Source of the DNA: Candidatus Latescibacterota bacterium
GTDB taxonomy: Bacteria; Latescibacterota; UBA2968
Reading direction: 5' to 3'
Assembly: GCA_965205975.1 (NCBI GenBank)
Contig: OZ242195.1
Location: forward strand, 3,040,001 to 3,104,000
Length of the DNA stretch: 64,000 nt
Part shown: in pieces, positions 58,514-64,000 of the stretch
Layout of the letters: every line of letters starts with the position of its first letter
How positions within the stretch are numbered: the first letter of the stretch is position 1
Made by a program: the position numbers and the translations under genes
Notes under the pieces: generated by a model
What the model saw: only the letters and a program-made list of their open reading frames with translations
What the model was told of the DNA's origin: nothing
The model's database searches: none

Positions 58514-59455
58514 CTAATACCCCTTCTCCTTATCCACCACATTCTGCAGCGCCTCACCCCTCACATACCTGTGCAAATTATCTACAAACCGCACCATAGC
58601 GCGCCTCCGAATATGTTGTGAAGACCCCGCACTATGCGATGTCAAAATCACATTGGGTTCGGTCCACAGCGGACTATCTTCCGGGCAGGGTTCCGTATAA
58701 GTCACATCCAGCCCAATACCCGCCAGTTTGCCCGACCGCAGCGCCGCAATCATAGCCTCCTCATCCACCACCTTTCCCCGACTCACATTGACGATCAAAC
58801 TACCCTCCATCAACCGATCAAACATCTCACCCGACAGCATCTTATGCGTTTCAGCCGTACTGGGACAACATACCATCACCACATTGGACTGCGACATAAG
58901 TTCGGGTAAATAATCCATCTTTTCCAACAAATCCACAGAATCGGGACAATCCATATCTTCGGGATCAACGGCAATAACCCGAAATTCAAACGCTTTTGCG
59001 CGGTCTGCAATCGCCCGTCCAATGCCGCCCAATCCAATAATACCCATCGTCATACCCGCCAGTTCCAAACACGGCACCCGCTCCCAATGCTTGCGCTTCA
59101 TAAATTCCAACTGCGTGTGAATTTGCCGCGTCAACGCCAGCAAAAGAGCAAACGCATGTTCTGCAATTTGCGGACCGAACAATCCCCCCGCATTAGTCAA
59201 AACCATATTGCTATTCTTAAATTTTTCATACAAATGCCCTTCGGCACCCGCATGGGGCTGCTGAACCCATTTCAACGCATCTGCGTGATCAAAATCGGAC
59301 TCGGCAAGCCGACCAAAAAGCACTTCTACACCCGATAGATAATCAGCCTGCTTTTCCCCCTCTGGCAAAAATATCACCTCAACTTCAGAAGGCACACCTT
59401 TTAACAACGCCTCAACATCCTCTGAATACCGACTGCCAATCAACGTGCGAACCAT
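58514..59455 (-). CDS. D-2-hydroxyacid dehydrogenase
   Basis: GLGGIG, NVSRG.VVDE, LDV...EP, TSH. Confidence 0.92.
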   Translation of the reverse strand: MVRTLIGSRYSEDVEALLKGVPSEVEVIFLPEGEKQADYLSGVEVLFGRLAESDFDHADALKWVQQPHAGAEGHLYEKFKNSNMVLTNAGGLFGPQIAEHAFALLLALTRQIHTQLEFMKRKHWERVPCLELAGMTMGIIGLGGIGRAIADRAKAFEFRVIAVDPEDMDCPDSVDLLEKMDYLPELMSQSNVVMVCCPSTAETHKMLSGEMFDRLMEGSLIVNVSRGKVVDEEAMIAALRSGKLAGIGLDVTYTEPCPEDSPLWTEPNVILTSHSAGSSQHIRRRAMVRFVDNLHRYVRGEALQNVVDKEKGY

Positions 59456-59570
59456 GCTCTATCTCCTTTTGATCTTACCGATGGCCAAATCAACCTCTGG
59501 AACTTTCATGGTACAAAAAGAAAACGCCACCGCAAAGCATTTCCGATGGCGTTCTGGATAATATCCATAC

Positions 59571-61259
59571 TCAAAGATATCGTTTGATGAGATCGGCAAT
59601 ATCCCCATATCCTTTTTTCTCTGCCCAGGCGAGTGGCGTTGCCCAATCAGCACCCGCCAGCGTGGGATCGGCGCCGCGCTCGAGATAGAGACGCGCGAGA
59701 TCGTATTTACCCCAGCGCACAGCCCAGCCAAGCGGTGAAGATTGCAAAAGCTCATCAATCACATTGAGATCTGCACCATAGTCGAGCAGAATTGTCGCAA
59801 AGGTGACACGCTCAGGCTCAGTCATAATCACCTCTCCCCACACAACACCGCAGGCCGCCAGATGATGGGCAAGGCGATACCCGAAACGCCCGACCAGATT
59901 GGGACTGACGCCGTGATCGAGAATCATGCGAAAAATCTCGGGATAGACCGTGCGATCAAAATCCCGGAACTTGCGATGAGGGTGCGTGCGCCACAGGCGA
60001 ATGGGTTGCTCGAGCAAGCCAAACCAGCGACCGTCATCGGGAGCCCACTTGAGTTGACGCAAACACATCCCCACAATATTGGGATCGCCCCCACAGCCCG
60101 CAGCCCACAAAAGCCTTTCCGCAAGCGAAGAATCATTGTGAAGCGCAACCGCAGCGGCAGACGTCTCACCCTCAAGCCCAGCAGTGATGTGATCCAAAAC
60201 CCCGCCGTATCTAAACAGCAACCCCTTCATCTTATCGTCACGATTATTATACGCAGCCGCTATGGGATTGCCACTCGCATAAATACTCGCATTGGGATCG
60301 GCACCGCGCTCGAGCAGAAGCTCAGCAATCTCATACTGCGAGTGCCCAGCCGCATGAGCCAGCGGTTGGCCCCATGAATAGGGCTTAGACTCATAGTGAT
60401 GAAGTTGATATCTATCGTCGGGATCGAGCCCCAAATCCAGCAGCATACGCACCATATCGAGATTGTCACTTTGCACAGCGATCTGCAAAAGACCGTCTCG
60501 CTCGCTATCATTGGACTGAAAGCGTTCGGGATGTTGTCTCTCATACTCGCGAACAAAACCAAGATCCCCAAGCGCGACAGCAGATTCAAGCGACTGCTCG
60601 CAACCGGCCTGAAGGAGAATACCCGCACAAATCAAACACCCCTCGTTGAGCGGCCTGTTGCGACCGCGAATATTGTGAACAGCACCATCCAGAGGCGATT
60701 GACCCTCGGGCGTGAGATGCGTGATATCCGCACCGCGCTTGAGCAGATATTGAACAAGCTCGTAATTTCCAAGAGATGCACCAGTGTGAATCACACTACC
60801 GCCATTGCGATGGCAGGCGTTGATCAAATCGGGATTCTTATAGAGAATTTCCACGGTCTCCATCATCCGCCCCTCACGAATAGCCTCAAAAAGCGCGTCA
60901 TTCTCCTCCGTAATGGTAATATTCTCACAAGCCGCGAGTTTGCGTTTCTCATCCTCCTCTCGCAAAATCTCAACAATATCATCCATGCCGCGTTCATCCG
61001 CCATGGTAAGCGCGTCCGTAGCATCGCGGTGGGGATAAATACCCGACGTGTGATCTGCACCCGCTTCCATCAGAACGCGCACTGCATCTGCGTGCTGATT
61101 CATAACCGCGTAATGAATGGCGAGGTGTTCGTTGTTTTCGGCCATATGCACGTTGACCAGATCGGGTTGCACATCGAGAATCTGACGAATTTTGGCGACA
61201 TCGCCCTCACTCGCCGCCTCACATAAGTCGGCGACTTGATAAGTTCCATTTGTATCCAT
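59571..61259 (-). CDS. Ankyrin repeat protein
   Basis: Multiple PL..A...G......LL..GAD repeats. Confidence 0.9.
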   Translation of the reverse strand: MDTNGTYQVADLCEAASEGDVAKIRQILDVQPDLVNVHMAENNEHLAIHYAVMNQHADAVRVLMEAGADHTSGIYPHRDATDALTMADERGMDDIVEILREEDEKRKLAACENITITEENDALFEAIREGRMMETVEILYKNPDLINACHRNGGSVIHTGASLGNYELVQYLLKRGADITHLTPEGQSPLDGAVHNIRGRNRPLNEGCLICAGILLQAGCEQSLESAVALGDLGFVREYERQHPERFQSNDSERDGLLQIAVQSDNLDMVRMLLDLGLDPDDRYQLHHYESKPYSWGQPLAHAAGHSQYEIAELLLERGADPNASIYASGNPIAAAYNNRDDKMKGLLFRYGGVLDHITAGLEGETSAAAVALHNDSSLAERLLWAAGCGGDPNIVGMCLRQLKWAPDDGRWFGLLEQPIRLWRTHPHRKFRDFDRTVYPEIFRMILDHGVSPNLVGRFGYRLAHHLAACGVVWGEVIMTEPERVTFATILLDYGADLNVIDELLQSSPLGWAVRWGKYDLARLYLERGADPTLAGADWATPLAWAEKKGYGDIADLIKRYL

Positions 61260-61315
61260 ATTGGTTCCTTTCCCAAATGTCAGTACACAACATCTCCACG
61301 TTTTCTATGATGAAA

Positions 61316-61344
61316 ATTATAGTGAACATTTGTATATCTGTCAA
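61316..61344 (-). promoter_or_regulatory. Consensus sigma70 promoter for the ankyrin gene
   Basis: TTGACA-N17-TATAAT. Confidence 0.75.
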
Positions 61345-61409
61345 GGGGAGTTCTGCATCACTATTCACATTACTCAATCGACAAATCAAAGCGTTGACCA
61401 CGCGACATC

Positions 61410-62975
61410 TCACAGATCCGAAAAACTGACCAATTTGTCCTTGAGACGCCGGGAATATGTGACAAAATTGGAGAGCGTACCGGCATCGCGCCTGTCCGGT
61501 TGCGCCAATAGCGGCAGCAACTCGCGGTTGATCTCGTCCAAAAAATCCTGAAGCTCTTCGGCTCTTTTTTCAACATTGACCTTGGACTTCTCCTCCAGCG
61601 ACTTGCGGATATCCTCGAACAAAGCCAATGTGTGCCCGGAAAGTGTTCTGACCATCAATAAAATATCGCTCTCCAACTCCACATAGTACATGTTCAACGC
61701 TTTCTTGGTATTGAAAATATCGTCTATTGAATCGTATATCTGGAAGAGATAATCAAACTGGGTATGCAACTTGAGCAAATCTCGGGATTCGCGTTCATGG
61801 GTAATGGATATGACAGCTTGAGAAAAGTAGCTCACGTATTCCTTCTCCAAAAAGTTGACGTATTCCATGCGCTTGGCAGACGCATCAAAGATACCGCGGT
61901 AATTAGACTCGATACTCAGCGTAACGAGATTGTAGCTTTCCTGCAAAAAGGAAAGGAGATCAACGAGATTTTGGCGCAGTTCGGATTTTACTTTCTTAAA
62001 AGCGACTTGCTCATCAAACGCGGGAATGGCCAATCGCTCGAAATCCATCTCGTCCTCCCCCAAAAGCATATCGATCAGCCGCGTGAAAGGCGTAATCAAA
62101 AGAATAAAAATCAGACTGGTCACCACATTAAATACGAGGTGTATATTGGCCAATGCGATCGCGGGATTGGTGGAAAATTCATTCAGTCTATCGCCAAAAA
62201 GCAAAAGGACAGGTAAAAAAAGCAGCACACCGCCCACATTAAAGAAAAAATGGGAAAGCGCGGTCTTCCTGGCGGCAAAATCCATGTGTACCATCGCGAG
62301 CAATGCCGTCGCTGTGGTGCCGATATTGGCCCCAATAATGATGGGCACCGCATTTTCAAGGCTCAACAACCCCTGTTGTGTAAATACAATTGCCAGACCC
62401 GTCGTCACCGAACTCGATTGCACCGCAGCCGTAAACAGACAACCCACCAGAATCGCGAGCAGCGGGTTTTGAGGATTTATGAGATATTGAGTAAACGTGG
62501 GATCATTCTGGAGAGGACCGAGTGAAGAAGAGATCAGATTGAGGGTAAAAAAGACAAAACCAAAATAAAAAATAGACTTGCCGAAAATGGCAACTCTCGA
62601 CCGAACAAAAGAAAGAGCAAATCCCAGAATAATAAATACGGGTGCAAACGCAGTGAGCTTAAAGGCGACCAGTTGAGCCGTAATCGTGGTACCGATATTC
62701 GCCCCGAAGATAATACCAACGCTGCTCTTGAACGAGAGCACGCCCGCATTGACCAGACCCACGGCAATCACCGAGGTCGCAGAACTCGACTGAATCACAG
62801 CGGTTACGAGCGCGCCGATGAGCACACCTATAATTGGAATTCTGGTCGCCCTGGCGAGAAATCTTCGGAATTTCTCGCCAGAAACCTGTTCGATCTCCGC
62901 GGAAAAATTCTCCAATCCAAAAATGAAGAGAATAATCGCCGTCAGCCCGGCCATAATAACAGGGAGATATTCCAT
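61410..62975 (-). CDS. Na/Pi cotransporter family protein (NptA/YjbB-like)
   Basis: Two QSSS...GANIGTT repeats; helical PhoU-like C-terminus. Confidence 0.92.
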   Translation of the reverse strand: MEYLPVIMAGLTAIILFIFGLENFSAEIEQVSGEKFRRFLARATRIPIIGVLIGALVTAVIQSSSATSVIAVGLVNAGVLSFKSSVGIIFGANIGTTITAQLVAFKLTAFAPVFIILGFALSFVRSRVAIFGKSIFYFGFVFFTLNLISSSLGPLQNDPTFTQYLINPQNPLLAILVGCLFTAAVQSSSVTTGLAIVFTQQGLLSLENAVPIIIGANIGTTATALLAMVHMDFAARKTALSHFFFNVGGVLLFLPVLLLFGDRLNEFSTNPAIALANIHLVFNVVTSLIFILLITPFTRLIDMLLGEDEMDFERLAIPAFDEQVAFKKVKSELRQNLVDLLSFLQESYNLVTLSIESNYRGIFDASAKRMEYVNFLEKEYVSYFSQAVISITHERESRDLLKLHTQFDYLFQIYDSIDDIFNTKKALNMYYVELESDILLMVRTLSGHTLALFEDIRKSLEEKSKVNVEKRAEELQDFLDEINRELLPLLAQPDRRDAGTLSNFVTYSRRLKDKLVSFSDL

Positions 62976-63054
62976 TGCTCTCCACCTTTCTCATTGACCC
63001 AAAATTTGAATCCGTTAGCAGGCTAAATTACGCTAAGGATCTGAAATTAAACGC

Positions 63055-64000
63055 CTATACGTGTTCTACTATCATCTCGTCCGGCTCGTGCAAGCGCGGT
63101 TCTGGTGCAACCTCGTCGGGTCTGTGTGTCTGGTGTACATACATGCGCCAGTACACACCTTTTTGTGCAACCAACGCATCGTGTGAGCCTTGTTCTACAG
63201 CCTGCCCTTCGCTCATGACGAGAATCTGGTGTGCATTTTCCGCTGTGCGCACCCGGTTCGTAACAATAATTATTGTTTGCTTTTCAAATGCCTTCTCAAT
63301 ATTTTCAAAAAGCAATTCTTCAGCTTCTTCAGAAAGTGCGGAAACCGAGTCATCAAAAACAAAAATAGCCGGGTCGCCCAAAAGTGTGCGTGCTATGGAA
63401 ATGCGTTGCACAACATCTTGAGACAGCGACTCACCACCTTTTCCAATCGGTGTATCATATCCCTTTGGCAGTTCGAGGATCGCATCGTGAATGCCTGCAA
63501 CCTGTGCGACGTGTTCAATAGCAGACCGTTCGATATCTGGATCTCCAAAAGCGATATTTTGCGCCACAGTTCCCGAAAATATGCGTGCTTCTTGACTCGC
63601 CATGCCAATCTGTTCGCGCAGGTCTTGAAGATTGAGCGTGCGTATATCCAGTCCATCGATCAACACCCGGCCTTCGGTGGGATCGTAAAAGCGCGATAAC
63701 ACATTCACCACAGCCGTCTTGCCACATCCACTTGGCCCCAATACAGCAAGTGTCCGGCCTGCGGGCAAATGAAAATTTACATCTCGCAATGCAACAGGTC
63801 CACCCTCGATGTAGCGCAGCGATACATTCTCAAAAGTAATATCTCCCCGTAAAGTATCTACAACCATACCCTCCCCATCGTCTGACAGATCATTTTCCAT
63901 GTCGAGCACGTCATAGATGCGCTCCAAAATGATGCGGGTTGTCTGAAGCTGAACATTGGTATTTGTCAACGCAGTAATGGGTCCAAACAGCAGGGCGGTC
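63055..64000 (-). CDS. ABC exporter, 3' part (degenerate NBD); start lies outside the window
   Basis: GPSGCGKT Walker A; LSQDVVQR signature, FVFDD Walker B and TNR H-loop are non-canonical. Confidence 0.85.
   Translation of the reverse strand, partial: TALLFGPITALTNTNVQLQTTRIILERIYDVLDMENDLSDDGEGMVVDTLRGDITFENVSLRYIEGGPVALRDVNFHLPAGRTLAVLGPSGCGKTAVVNVLSRFYDPTEGRVLIDGLDIRTLNLQDLREQIGMASQEARIFSGTVAQNIAFGDPDIERSAIEHVAQVAGIHDAILELPKGYDTPIGKGGESLSQDVVQRISIARTLLGDPAIFVFDDSVSALSEEAEELLFENIEKAFEKQTIIIVTNRVRTAENAHQILVMSEGQAVEQGSHDALVAQKGVYWRMYVHQTHRPDEVAPEPRLHEPDEMIVEHV

Overview
Bacterial chromosomal window, probably from a metagenome. The C-terminal EF-hand/dockerin-like domain, sulfatases, TPR/ankyrin proteins and abundant short intergenic repeats suggest a Latescibacterota/Gemmatimonadota-like organism (inference only). 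The flanks (1-28 kb and 51.7-64 kb) carry ordinary metabolic and transport genes. They also hide two probable selenoproteins that the ORF track splits at an in-frame UGA: a secreted UxxC redoxin-Ig-EF-hand protein (2769-4070) and a rhodanese with a UQGGYRS active site (14925-15752). The centre (about 28.2-51.6 kb, all minus strand) is an accessory RiPP-like island. It starts with a frameshifted Ser/Thr kinase-AAA-TPR-GAF-sigma54 activator and a sigma54 promoter with palindromic UAS. Next come an unannotated 58-aa precursor (46269-46445), an RRE-radical SAM/SPASM maturase, sugar-modification genes, an ACP, an S8 protease-DUF1611 fusion and a CxxC redoxin. Two tandem cassettes follow, each with [precursor peptide - beta-propeller lipoprotein - MacB/FtsX permease], and the island ends in an ABC exporter truncated by an IS256. 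All three precursors share an ungapped leader pattern [KR]xL-x12-IxxY[EQ] with unrelated cores. The two cassette peptides are each bracketed by a bipartite inverted repeat, and a structured intergenic element (candidate antisense sRNA) occurs three times. No rRNA, tRNA or CRISPR array was seen. All calls are by eye; no searches were run.
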